Positions 48,910-59,126 of a DNA stretch of 64,000 nucleotides are shown here, piece by piece. Both the position numbers and the translations under genes were made by a program. A model generated the notes under the pieces. It searched no databases, was not told the origin of the DNA, and saw only the letters and a list, made by a program, of their open reading frames with translations. This DNA is from an uncultured bacterium. Its GTDB lineage: Bacteria > Krumholzibacteriota > Krumholzibacteriia > JACNKJ01. Positions within the stretch are counted from its first letter, which is position 1. Each line of letters begins with the position of its first letter. Where the stretch lies: positions 2,752,001 through 2,816,000 of the forward strand of contig CAVOFT010000001.1 in the NCBI GenBank assembly GCA_963695095.1, read 5' to 3'.

Positions 48910-50037
48910 GTGGCCGCGCCCGGCACCCTGGTCCTCAAGTTCGGGGGCACCAGCGTCCAGGACGCCGCGGCCCGCGCGGCCGCCCTCCGCCGCGTGCGCG
49001 CGCGCGGCGCGAGCGGCCGGCGCCTGGCCCTCGTCGTCAGCGCCATGGGCAGGAAGGGCGATCCCTACGCCACCGACACCCTGATCGGCCTGCTCGCCGC
49101 CGTCGGCGAGCCCGTCGCCCCGCGCGAGCTGGACCTGGCCATGAGCGCGGGCGAGTTGCTGACGGCCGCCCTCTTCGCCCACCTGCTCAACCTGGCCGGT
49201 CTGCCGGCCCAGGCCTTCACGGGCCCCCAGGCCGGCGTCCTCACCGACGATCGCGCCGGCGAGGCCGAGATCCTCGCCGTGGCGCCCGCCCGCGTCGCCG
49301 CCTGCCTGGCGGCGGGGCGCATCGCGGTGGTCGCCGGCTTCCAGGGGGCCGACCGCGAGGGCGAGATCCGCACCCTGGGCCGCGGCGGCAGCGACACCAG
49401 CGCCGTCGCCCTGGGCGCCGCCCTCGGCGCCGACGAGGTGGAGATCTACACGGATGTGCCCGGCGTGGCCACTGCGGATCCCCGCCGCGTGCCCGGCGCG
49501 CGCTTCCTGCCGGAGATCGGCGCCGCCGCCATGCTGGCGATGGCCGAGGAGGGGAGCCGCGTGCTGCACCCCCGCGCCATCCGGGCGGCTCAGCCCACGG
49601 CCACGCCCCTGCGCGTCCTCAGCACCTTCGACGAGGGGGAGGGCACGCTCATCCACCACCGCCCGGCGGCGGGACCGCCGCGCCCGCTGGCCCTGGCGCA
49701 GCGCGAGCGCCTGGTGCTGCTGCGCGCCGGGCGCGCGGGGCTCGAAGCCAATGATCCCGAGTTGCTCGCTCTGGGCGAGGGCCGCTACCTCGCAGCCGAC
49801 GACCTCGCTCTCGCCGCGCGGCTCGCGCGCCTCGCCGCGGCCGGCTGCCCGGCCAAGCCGGAGCGCGGCTGGGCCACGCTGTCCCTGATCTTCAGCGGTC
49901 CCGGTGGCGAGGTGCCCGAGTTCCCCGCCGGCCAGCCCATCCCCGCGCCGCCCGACCGCTGCCGCTGGCTGCTGCCCGAGGCCGCGCTCGAGGCCGCGCT
50001 CGCGACGCTCCATGCGAGCCGGCTCGCCGGCGCCTGA
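48910..50037 (+). CDS. Aspartate kinase (DapG/LysC-like, degenerate C-terminus)
   Basis: KFGGTSV, VVSAMGRKGDPYATD, VAGFQG, TLGRGGSDTSAV, YTDVPGV.TADPR. Confidence 0.92.
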   Translation: MAAPGTLVLKFGGTSVQDAAARAAALRRVRARGASGRRLALVVSAMGRKGDPYATDTLIGLLAAVGEPVAPRELDLAMSAGELLTAALFAHLLNLAGLPAQAFTGPQAGVLTDDRAGEAEILAVAPARVAACLAAGRIAVVAGFQGADREGEIRTLGRGGSDTSAVALGAALGADEVEIYTDVPGVATADPRRVPGARFLPEIGAAAMLAMAEEGSRVLHPRAIRAAQPTATPLRVLSTFDEGEGTLIHHRPAAGPPRPLALAQRERLVLLRAGRAGLEANDPELLALGEGRYLAADDLALAARLARLAAAGCPAKPERGWATLSLIFSGPGGEVPEFPAGQPIPAPPDRCRWLLPEAALEAALATLHASRLAGA

Positions 50038-50181
50038 GCCCGCCCGAGCCCCGCTGCGTTTTTTTTTGCCCGCCGTGCGATTCTTGCTTGCACCCTCCGG
50101 CGCAACGGCGCGATATTGCGCGCCAAGAGCAAGCCGGGACCATCCCGGCAAATCCCTTCCCTACTACGCGGAGAAACTACA

Positions 50182-50241
50182 ATGGCTGGCAAGAAGAAGG
50201 CCGCTAAGAAGGCCACCAAGACCACGACCAAGAAGAAGTAA
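50182..50241 (+). CDS. 19-aa Lys-rich micropeptide MAGKKKAAKKATKTTTKKK
   Basis: GGAG RBS 8 nt upstream; all nine Lys codons are AAG; TAA stop; upstream TTGCAC-N18-GATATT; followed by a terminator. Confidence 0.65.
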   Translation: MAGKKKAAKKATKTTTKKK

Positions 50242-50278
50242 CTTCTACTGGCCGCTTGTCGGTCATGTGGCTTGATCG

Positions 50279-50310
50279 GGGGAGGGACCAGTGCCCTCCC
50301 TGTTTTTTTT
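50279..50310 (+). terminator. Intrinsic terminator after the micropeptide
   Basis: GGGGAGGG-ACCAGTG-CCCTCCCT followed by G and T8. Confidence 0.75.
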
Positions 50311-50338
50311 GGGGGATACCCGCGGGCCCGCGCTGGGG

Positions 50339-50725
50339 CTAGCTCTCCAGGGGCGGTTCCTCGCTCGCAGCCTCGGGGGCGCGCGAAGCCCGCTCTCGGT
50401 CCCGCCGCCGGCGGCCGCCGGGCACATCGCGCTCGGCGATGAGCTCCATGTGCTCGGCGATGCGGAAGAAGACCATCACGAGCTCCACCACCACGCGAGC
50501 CAGCAGGCTGTAGACGATGAAGAGCAGCGGCGCGAGCAGGAGCGCGCCGAGGCCGGTCCAGATGCCGCGGCCGAAGCCGGCGCCGATGAAGCGCACCGCG
50601 CCGAAGAGGGCGGCCAAGAGGCCGATCGTGTACAGGAGCTTCAGCACGCCGGGCGTGACGAAGTCCGTGAAGCTGAAGTCGAAGAGGGTGGCGAGGAAGC
50701 CGCGCTGTCTGCGCTCGTCGTTCAT
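50339..50725 (-). CDS. DUF4282-like small membrane protein
   Basis: RBS GGGAG; LFDFSFTDFVTP..LY; RVVVELVMVFFRIAE; two TM segments. Confidence 0.8.
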   Translation of the reverse strand: MNDERRQRGFLATLFDFSFTDFVTPGVLKLLYTIGLLAALFGAVRFIGAGFGRGIWTGLGALLLAPLLFIVYSLLARVVVELVMVFFRIAEHMELIAERDVPGGRRRRDRERASRAPEAASEEPPLES

Positions 50726-50736
50726 GGCTACTCCCT

Positions 50737-51948
50737 TCACAGCCCCAGCCAGGTTTCGGTGACCGCCCGGGCGCGATCGCGGTCCTCCAGCGCCGTGTAG
50801 ACGGCGAAGACCGTGTGCGAGGACTCCTTCTCGGCCAGGGCCCGGGCCAGGGCCGACAGCTCGTAGAGATCCACCCGCTCGCCGTTCTTGCGCAGGATGG
50901 CCAGCTCCACTCGCTGCAGGCGGGGCTCGCTGAAGGCGAGCACGTCCACGGGCATGTCCACGAGCAGGGCGCCCGGCCCGAAGCCGCAGCGCTCGGTGAG
51001 CAGGGCCTCCACCTCGTGGCGGCTCAGTCCCGCGCTGGCCTCGACGAGGGCGCTGCGGAGCTGGCTCTCCCCGCGGCTGGCGATGCTGAAGGCCATCTTG
51101 TAGAGGTCCCGGTACTGGATCTTGTCCACCAGCAGGGCGCTCACCCCGCCGGCCAGGCGCAGGCGGGCCATCAGCTCGCCGTCGGTCAGCTCGTACCAGC
51201 CCTCGATGCTGCTGACCGCCAGTTCCATCGCCCTGAGCAGCATCGTCTCGGCGATGCGGCCCGTCCGGTGGGCGTAGACGGCCGAGTACATGTGATCGCG
51301 GGCGACCATCATCTCCTCGATGGCGTCCAGGCCCTTCTCCATGAGGTAGAGGCTGCCCCGGACCCGGTCCGCCTTGAGCGTGTGCAGGATGCGGTGCAGG
51401 TCGATGTTGCCGTGGGCGATGCCCGTGAAGTAGCTGTCGCGCAGCAGATAGTCGAGCTGGTCGGCGTCGATGGGCCCGTGGATGACATGCTGGAGAATGG
51501 CGTCCGGGTGGTCGCCGGTGACCAGATCGGCCACCTCCTCGGGATCCAGCCCGTAGCGGCGCAGGATCTCCGGAATCCAGCCCGCCCGCGGGAAGGTGTA
51601 GCGCGCCCGGCCCGTGATGATGCTGCCCGTCAGCTCCATGTGATCCTCGGGCAGCAGGCTCTCCAGGGCGTGGCTGAAGGGCGTGTGGCCCACGTCGTGG
51701 AGCATGCCGGCGGCCTGGGCCAGCCACTTCTGCTCGGGCAGCAGCTGCAGGGCCTGGGCCAGGAGACCGGCGACGTGGCTCACCCCGATCACGTGGCAGG
51801 CCCGGGTGTGCACGCCGCCCGGGTAGCTGAGGAAGCTGAGGCCCAGCTGGCGAATCCACTGCAGGCGCTGCAGCTCGGGCAGCTCGAGCAGGCCGCTCTG
51901 CAGCTCGTTCAGCTCGATGAAGCCGTGGATGGGGTCGTTGACGAACAT
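50737..51948 (-). CDS. HD-domain phosphohydrolase (SAMHD1/dNTPase-like)
   Basis: DPIHGFI, QRLQWIRQLG, HTRACHVIGV, LHDVGHTPFSH, DADQLDYLLRD, MYSAVYAH. Confidence 0.9.
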   Translation of the reverse strand: MFVNDPIHGFIELNELQSGLLELPELQRLQWIRQLGLSFLSYPGGVHTRACHVIGVSHVAGLLAQALQLLPEQKWLAQAAGMLHDVGHTPFSHALESLLPEDHMELTGSIITGRARYTFPRAGWIPEILRRYGLDPEEVADLVTGDHPDAILQHVIHGPIDADQLDYLLRDSYFTGIAHGNIDLHRILHTLKADRVRGSLYLMEKGLDAIEEMMVARDHMYSAVYAHRTGRIAETMLLRAMELAVSSIEGWYELTDGELMARLRLAGGVSALLVDKIQYRDLYKMAFSIASRGESQLRSALVEASAGLSRHEVEALLTERCGFGPGALLVDMPVDVLAFSEPRLQRVELAILRKNGERVDLYELSALARALAEKESSHTVFAVYTALEDRDRARAVTETWLGL

Positions 51949-51957
51949 GGCCGCCTC

Positions 51958-53394
51958 TCAGGCGTCGAAGTAGAGGGAAATCTCGTAGGGGTGCGGCCGG
52001 TTGCGCACCGCGTTGTACTCGTTCTCGATCTTGGCCTGGATCCAGGCCGCGATCAGCTCGCGGCTGAAGACCTCCCCCGCCAGCAGGAAGTCCTGATCGG
52101 CCTCCAGGGCCAGCATGGCCTCGCGCAGGCTGGTGGGCAGGCTGCCGAGCTTGGCCTTTTCGGCCTCGGGCAGGGTGAAGACGTTCACGTCGTAGGGCCC
52201 GAAGCCGAGCTGCGTCGGATCGAGCTCGCGACGGATGCCGTCCAGGCCGGCCAGGAGCTGGGCCGCCATCGCCAGGTAGATGTTGCAGGTGGCGTCCGGC
52301 GGCCGGAACTCGATGCGCTTGGTGGCCGCGGTATCGGCGTACTTGGGAATCCGCACGGAGGCGCTGCGGTTGGCCAGGCCGAAGATGGTCTTCACCGGCG
52401 CCTCGAAGCCGGGCACCAGGCGCTTGTAGCTGTTCGTGCTCGGGTTGGTGAAGGCCAAGAGCGCCGGCGCGTGGGCCAGCAGCCCGCCGATGTAGTGGAG
52501 CGCCGTGCGGCTCAGCCCGGCGTAGCCCCTGGGATCCCAGAAGAGGTTCCTCTGCCCCTTCATCAGGCGCTGGTGGAAGTGCATGCCGCTGCCCGCCTCG
52601 TTGAAGAGCGGCTTGGGCATGAAGGTGACCGTCTTCTTGTGGCGGGCCGCCGTCATCTTGACGATGTACTTGATGCGCAGGGCGTTATCGGCCGCCGCGC
52701 GCAGGGGCTGCTCGAGGATCTCGATCTCGCTCTGGCCGGGCCCGCCCACCTCGTGGTGGTGGTAGCGCACGGGGATGCCCGCGGCCTCCACCTCGGCCAC
52801 CATTTCAGCGCGCAGGTTGTAGAGCTGGTCCAGGGGCGGGCAGGCGTGGTAGCCGCCCTGGCGGGGGATCTTGTGGCCGAGGTTGTCCTCGGGGCGCACG
52901 GCGCTGTTCCAGTCCGCCTCGGCGCTGTCGATGCGATAGCTGGCCGTGTTGATGTCGTTCAGGTAGGTCACCGCATCGAAGATGTAGAACTCGAATTCGG
53001 GCGCCCAGAGGCTGCCGGTCGCCACGCCGCTGGCCGCCAGCAGGGCGTCCGCCTTGGCGAGGATGGCCCGCGGGTCGCGAGGGAAGGGCGCCTTGCTGTC
53101 CGCCTCGAAGGGCTGGGCGATCATCGAGAGCGTGGGCCGGTCCCAGAAGGGATCGCGTGCGGCCGTCGCCGGGTCGGGGATGAGCAGCATGTCGCCGGCC
53201 TCGAGGGACTTGAAGCCGGGCACGCTGGAGCCGTCGAAGGCGACGCCCTCGCTGAACAGGGCCGGCCCGACCTGGCTCAGCGGCACGCTGATGTGATGCC
53301 AGCCGCCGAAGAGGTTGACGAACTTGAAGTCGACGACTTCGATGCCCTCGCGCTTGACCTGTGCGAGGACGCGCTCCACCGCTGAGGCGGGCAT
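51958..53394 (-). CDS. glnA: Glutamine synthetase type I
   Basis: FDGSS, PEFEFYIF, HHHEVG, TFMPKP, GSGMHFHQ, NSYKRLVPGFEAP, NRSASVRIP, RIEFRPPD. Confidence 0.97.
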   Translation of the reverse strand: MPASAVERVLAQVKREGIEVVDFKFVNLFGGWHHISVPLSQVGPALFSEGVAFDGSSVPGFKSLEAGDMLLIPDPATAARDPFWDRPTLSMIAQPFEADSKAPFPRDPRAILAKADALLAASGVATGSLWAPEFEFYIFDAVTYLNDINTASYRIDSAEADWNSAVRPEDNLGHKIPRQGGYHACPPLDQLYNLRAEMVAEVEAAGIPVRYHHHEVGGPGQSEIEILEQPLRAAADNALRIKYIVKMTAARHKKTVTFMPKPLFNEAGSGMHFHQRLMKGQRNLFWDPRGYAGLSRTALHYIGGLLAHAPALLAFTNPSTNSYKRLVPGFEAPVKTIFGLANRSASVRIPKYADTAATKRIEFRPPDATCNIYLAMAAQLLAGLDGIRRELDPTQLGFGPYDVNVFTLPEAEKAKLGSLPTSLREAMLALEADQDFLLAGEVFSRELIAAWIQAKIENEYNAVRNRPHPYEISLYFDA

Positions 53395-53576
53395 GGGGGC
53401 TCCTTAGTGATTCGGCAAGTTGTCGGGTAGGCGGTTCACGCATTCTGCCTGAGCGCGGGCGCCGATGCAAGGGCAGCCGGCGGGGATCAGCGGGACGATC
53501 GCCGCAATTGAAGCGAGCGCCTCGCTGGCCTATATTGGCCCCGGGTCCGCGGCCCGGACCCGGAAGCGAGGCCGGC

Positions 53577-54458
53577 ATGAAGACCATCCCCGATCTGGAA
53601 ACCCACCTGCTCGAGCTGATTCGCCGAGCGAGCACCAAGTTGCCGGCGGACGTGACCGGCGCCCTCCGCGCCGGCCAGGCCCGCGAGGCGGCCGGTTCGG
53701 CGGCGGCGACGACGCTCGCCACCATCCTCGAAAACGTGGAGCTGTCCGCCGAGGCCGTCTCCCCGATCTGCCAGGACACGGGCACGCCGGTCTTCTACGT
53801 CAAGCACCCCTGGGACTACCCGGTGCGGCCCATTCGCGAGGCGGCCCTCGCCGCCCTGCGCCGGGCGACCCAGGAGAGCCTGCTGCGCCCCAACGCCGTC
53901 GACAGCGTGACCGGCGCCAACAGCAACGACAACACGGGGGAGGCCTTCCCCGCCTTCTACTTCGAGCAGTGGGAGGAAGCCGACACCGTCCGCTTCGACC
54001 TGCTGCTCAAGGGCGGCGGCAGCGAGAACCAGAGCGCCCAGTACAGCCTCCCCCACGGCGGGCTCAAGGCCGGCCGGGACATGGAGGGCGTCAAGCGCGT
54101 GATCCTCGACGCCGTGGTGAATGCCCAGGGTCAGGGCTGCGGCCCGGCCGTGCTGGGGGTCTGCATCGGCGGCGACCGGGCGACCAGCTACTCGCTGGCC
54201 AAGAAGCAGCACCTGCGCCCCCTCGCTGACAGGAGCCCGGACCCTCTGCTCGCCTCCATGGAGGAAGAAATCACCGAGAAGGCCAATGCCCTCGGCGTGG
54301 GGCCCATGGGCTTCGGCGGCGCCACCACCGTGCTGGCCACCAAGATCACCAAGGCGCACCGCCTGCCGGCCAGCTTCTACGTCTCCATCAGCTACCTCTG
54401 CTGGGCCTCGCGCCAGGCCGGCATGAACGTCCAGGGCGGGAGGGTCGCGCATGATTGA
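53577..54458 (+). CDS. Class I fumarate hydratase / tartrate dehydratase family, alpha subunit
   Basis: PICQDTG, LRPNAVD, KGGGSEN, QGCGP, GVGPMGFGG, HRLPAS, CWASR. Confidence 0.92.
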   Translation: MKTIPDLETHLLELIRRASTKLPADVTGALRAGQAREAAGSAAATTLATILENVELSAEAVSPICQDTGTPVFYVKHPWDYPVRPIREAALAALRRATQESLLRPNAVDSVTGANSNDNTGEAFPAFYFEQWEEADTVRFDLLLKGGGSENQSAQYSLPHGGLKAGRDMEGVKRVILDAVVNAQGQGCGPAVLGVCIGGDRATSYSLAKKQHLRPLADRSPDPLLASMEEEITEKANALGVGPMGFGGATTVLATKITKAHRLPASFYVSISYLCWASRQAGMNVQGGRVAHD

Positions 54459-55071
54459 CCTCAGCACCCCCATCAGCGAGGCCGCCATCCGCGCGCTCAA
54501 GGTGGGCGACGTGGTCTCCGTCAGCGGCGTGGCGGTGACCGCCCGCGATGCCGCCCACAAGTACATGGTCGAGCGCTGGATCGACAGCACGCCTTACCCC
54601 GACAGCGAGGACGGCAAGCTGCTGGCCACGCTGAAACCCGTGCTCGCGGGCGGGGTCATCTACCACTGCGGGCCGGTGGTGCGCCAGGACGAGACCGGGA
54701 AGTGGCATTTCGTGGCCGCCGGGCCCACCACCTCGAGCCGCGAGGAGCCCTACGAGCACAAGGTGATCGCCGCCCTCGGGGTGCGCGCGGTGATCGGCAA
54801 GGGCGGCATGGGCGAGAAGACCCTGGCCGCCTGCAAGGAGCATGGGGCCGTCTACCTGCACGCCGTGGGCGGGGCGGCCACGCTGATCGCCCAGCGGGTG
54901 CGGGAGGTCGAGGCCGTCTACAAGACCGAGTTCGGACTGCCCGAGGCCTTCTGGCAGATCCGCATCGAGGACTTCCAGTGCGTGGTGACGATGGACAGCC
55001 ACGGCGAGAGCCTGCACGCCAAGGTGCTGGCCGACAGCCGCGAGCGCTTCAACGAGATCTACGGCCTCTAG
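54451..55071 (+). CDS. Class I fumarate hydratase / tartrate dehydratase family, beta subunit
   Basis: TARDAAH, IYHCGPVV, AGPTTSSREE, IGKGGMG, VTMDSHG. Confidence 0.92.
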   Translation: MIDLSTPISEAAIRALKVGDVVSVSGVAVTARDAAHKYMVERWIDSTPYPDSEDGKLLATLKPVLAGGVIYHCGPVVRQDETGKWHFVAAGPTTSSREEPYEHKVIAALGVRAVIGKGGMGEKTLAACKEHGAVYLHAVGGAATLIAQRVREVEAVYKTEFGLPEAFWQIRIEDFQCVVTMDSHGESLHAKVLADSRERFNEIYGL

Positions 55072-55090
55072 CGGCGAAGGACGGCGGCGC

Positions 55091-56044
55091 TTGATCTACG
55101 ACACTATCCTCCAGGCCGTGGGCAACACGCCGGTCGTGCGGCTGGGCCGCATCGGCGCGGGCCTGCCGGTCGAGCTCTACGGCAAGTGCGAGTTCCTCAA
55201 CCCGGGCGGCTCGCTGAAGGACCGCATCGCCGTGCGCATGGTGGAGCGGCTCGAGCGCGAGGGCGCGATCGCCCCGGGCGCCACCCTGGTCGAGCCCACC
55301 AGCGGCAACACGGGCATCGGGCTGGCCATGACGGCGGCCGTCAAGGGCTACAAGATGGTGGTCACCATCGCCCAGAAGATCAGCGAGGAGAAGGAGATCA
55401 TCCTCGAGGCCCTGGGCGCCGAGGTCCACCGCGCCGACGACGACAGCGCCCCGCACACGGACCCGCGCAGCCAGTACGGCAAGGCGGCCTGGATCCTCGA
55501 GCAGCGGCCGGGCGCCGTGATGCCCAACCAGTACAAGAACCCCGAGAACGCGGCGAGCCATTACGCCACCACGGGGGCCGAGATCTGGGCCGACTTCGGC
55601 GCCAGCCTGACGGCCATGGTGATCGGGGTGGGCACGGGCGGCAGCATCATGGGCATCTCGCGCTACCTGCGGGAGAAGAACCCGGAAATCCTCATCGTGG
55701 CGGTCGAGCCGGTAGGCTCGCTGCTGGGCGGGGGCACGCAGACGAGCCCCTACCATGTCGAGGGCATCGGCTACGACTGGATCCCGGACATCTTCGACGC
55801 CAAGGTCGCCGACCGCTTCCTCTCGGTGCACGACCGGGACAGCTTTCGCATGGCGCGCCGCCTGATCCGGGAGGAGGGCCTCCTGGTCGGCGGCAGCTCG
55901 GGCACCGTGGCCCAGGCCATGCTGGAGGTGGCGGGGACCCTGCCGCCGGGGTCCAAGATCTGCGGCATCCTGGCCGACGGCATTCGCAACTACCTGCGCA
56001 AGTTCCCCGACGACGCCTGGCTGGCCCGCCGGGATCTGCTCTAG
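55091..56044 (+). CDS. PLP-dependent cysteine synthase / cystathionine beta-synthase family enzyme
   Basis: TTG start; GNTPVV, KCEFLNPGGSLKDR, EPTSGNTGIG, NQYKNP, GTGGS, VEGIGYD, EGLLVGGSSG. Confidence 0.92.
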   Translation: MIYDTILQAVGNTPVVRLGRIGAGLPVELYGKCEFLNPGGSLKDRIAVRMVERLEREGAIAPGATLVEPTSGNTGIGLAMTAAVKGYKMVVTIAQKISEEKEIILEALGAEVHRADDDSAPHTDPRSQYGKAAWILEQRPGAVMPNQYKNPENAASHYATTGAEIWADFGASLTAMVIGVGTGGSIMGISRYLREKNPEILIVAVEPVGSLLGGGTQTSPYHVEGIGYDWIPDIFDAKVADRFLSVHDRDSFRMARRLIREEGLLVGGSSGTVAQAMLEVAGTLPPGSKICGILADGIRNYLRKFPDDAWLARRDLL

Positions 56045-56215
56045 CGCGCGCACCCGCCCCCGGGGGCGTTTGCCACGTGGCAACTCGCGGCCGGCGACCT
56101 GTCAGGTGACAAGTCCAGCCGGCTGATCGCCGGCGTAACAGCCGCGTAACGGCCTCCCGGTTCAATGGACGCGACCCGGCCCGCCCTGGGCCAAGCCGTC
56201 CTTGGGAGGAAAGCC

Positions 56216-59081
56216 ATGCCGTCGCGCCATCTCGCCACCGCCTGCCTGCTCGCCCTCACCATCGCCCTCGGGGCCGGCTGCGGCTCGGACTCCACCGGCC
56301 CCGGCACGACCCGAGACCCCGCCACCCTATCCCGAGTCCGGAATCGGGCTGCTGCCCGCAGACAGCACGACCTTCGCCGGGGTTTGGGCCCGCTACGGTG
56401 AATTGCGCGGCGCGCAGAGCGCGGAGGCCGCCCGCGCGGCCCTGCTGGCCGAGCTGGCGAGCTGGCCGAATGTCGCCGACGCTCGCCTGGCCGGCGACGG
56501 CTGCTCCTTCACGCTGGAATTCGACGACGGCGCCATCGCCTTGCTCTTCACTGCCGAAGACGGCCGCGGGCCCGCGCCCCGCGGCGCTGCGCAGCGCGCC
56601 CCGGCGGCGACCCGGCGCGCGGCGAGCCCGCCCCCGGGGGCGGGTCGGAGCGCGCATCCGGCGGCCGCGCGCGAGGCCATCCCCTGCATCTCCTGCGGCA
56701 GCCTGCAGATTCCAAGCACGCACCGCGTGCACATCGTCAGCAGCGTTGAGGGCGCGAGCGCCCGCGCTGCGGCCATCCGCCAGGCCTTCCTGGATCTGGG
56801 CTGGGCGCCCGAGCTCATCGACATGAGCCTGCGCGACGACGCCGGCGCCACGCGCTTCGTGCCCGAGGACCTGCTCGACCAGGAGGCCTACGGGCTCGCG
56901 GTGATCCTGGGCACGGGCGGCGCCTTCGTGGACGGCACCGGGCACGAGGCGTTCGTGCTCGAGGGCTTCCGCGGCGGCGACTTCGCCGACGGCTACGCGG
57001 GCAGCATCGCGCCCGCCGACTGGGCGGACTACGAGGACTGGCTCGCCGCTGAGCAGATGATCATGGGCGCGGCCTGGAGTCCCGGGCTCGCGGCGCCCGA
57101 GTTCGGCGTCTGGATGCGCGCGGAGCTGCTCGCCGGCCAGCTCGAGGTGGCCCCCTGCGAGATGGTGGCCCTGCTCGCCGGCAACTCCCTCGGCCTCGCC
57201 GACCTGCTCACCGACGGCGGCCCCGGCAGCTTCAGCGGCTGGGACGGGCCCGTCGCGCCTGCGGACGCCGATGCCGCCTACGCGGCGCTCATCGAGGCCA
57301 TGCTCGCCGGCGGCGGCGCCACCGACGAGGAGGCGCTCGATGCCTTGCTCGACGAGGGTCTGGGCACGAGCACCGGCCCAGGCGGCAGCGTCTCGCACTT
57401 TCAGGTCGCCGACATCGAGGGCGACTACCTGCTGCCGGGCTGGGGCACGGTGGCCCTGCCCACGGAGGACTTCCCCGCGGGCACCGTGAGCGTCGAGATC
57501 GAGTTCGCCTGGTCGGCCTGCCCCGACTACACGGTGAGCGCCACGGGCACGCCCGGCGGCGAGGTCGAGGTGACGGGCCTCCTGCCCGGCACCGCCCAAG
57601 TCAGCAGCACCGCGCTCGACGGCGCCGGCAACCCCTTCGCCTTCGGCTACGACGAGCAGCCCGTGGCCGCCGGGCCCAATACCTTCGCCGCCCAGACCTG
57701 CCTGGCCGATCTCGATCTCACGATCGGCGTCTACCCGGATGACCCGGACCACGAGACCAGCCGCATCCACGTCGAGATCGACTACCTCCACGGCCCCGAC
57801 ATCGAGTACGACATGGACCCCCAGCAGCCCATCGTGCCCGACGAGCTGGCCCCCGGCGCGGCGATCATCACGACCACGGCCTACAGCGAGCACGACTCCG
57901 TGCGCGGCGTGGACCGCTCCCACGTGTCGCTCCAGTGCAACCAGATGGCCACGGTCGAGCATTGCTACGGCTGGTTGCGCGTCGTGCTGGGCCAGGTGCC
58001 GCCGGGCACGGAGGAGATCCTCGTGCGCAGCGCCACGCCTGACATCGCCGACGTGGTGCCGCTGCTCATGGTGCCGCAGACTGAGGGCACGATGACCGGC
58101 TTCACCACGGGCACCGTGCCGATCATTCGCGCCAGCGCCCACGACGCCCAGGGCGACGAGCTGGGCCACACGGACCTGCCGATCACCATCGACTGCGGCG
58201 AGCAGACGGTCACCGTGGACATCCTCGGCATCGGCATCGCCCTGCGCGCGAGCCCGCCCTTCCCCGTCGCCGACGGGACGAGCGAGGCCAGCTTCACGGC
58301 GACGGTGCGCCACTGGCAGTGGGGCGACATCAACGAACCCTCCGGCGAGACCGTGCCGGACGTGCACGTGGACTTCGAGACCGACCTCGGCACCTGGGTC
58401 GGGCCCGCCGGCGGCTACTCGGACGACGAGGGCGTCGTGACGGCCCGCCTGGTCAGCACCGAGAGCGGCACGGCCACCGTGCGCGCCCACGTCAGCCAGA
58501 CGGGCAGCCAGTCGCAGCCGGCGCAGGTGACCTTCGTCGGCGAGATCAGCGTCTGGGTAGACGGCAGCCCCGCCGCTATCGAGGACACCGGGCTGGGCGG
58601 CACCTTCACGATCTCCTGCGCCCTGCTGCGCTACTACTTCAACGGCAGCCTGCTCGTCGAGCGGCTGATCGGACCCGTGCCCGGAGGGGGCGGCTGGGGC
58701 GCTTACATGCCCGGCTGGGCCGAGCCCGGCGACATCTTCAGCCTGGAGTTCACGCCCCGCGGAGATCTCGAGCACTGCAACGAACCGGAGGCCGGCTATC
58801 ATCCTGCCGTGGGCGCGGTCTGGGTGCACACCGTGCGCGAACCGGACTTCGAGCACCAAGGGGTCTTCCTGCTCTTCGGCGGGGCAAATCCGCTGGGCGG
58901 CTCCGCGGGCGGCTCCGTCACCGTCGAGGAGATCGACTACGGGCTGCTGGGCAAGGGTGGCCCGGCAGGGGCGCCGCGGGCGCGCAGCTGGTTCGAGCCG
59001 GACGGGCGCTACATCGTCGAAATCATGCCGGCCGGCGAGCGCACGCTCGTCTGGCGGCCGTTGACGCGCCGCTACGACTAG
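56216..59081 (+). CDS. Large acidic surface lipoprotein (about 950 aa) with a Big_1-like Ig domain; one apparent frameshift near 56310
   Basis: RBS GGGAGG; signal peptide with lipobox LGAGC in one frame and the body in ORF 56202-59081; invasin-like segment VADGTSEASFTATV..VDFETDLG..SDDEGVVTARLVSTESGTATVRA. Confidence 0.75.
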
Positions 59082-59126
59082 GGCCCGACCAGGCAGGCGG
59101 CACCAAGTCCGGCGGCGGCTCTAGGG

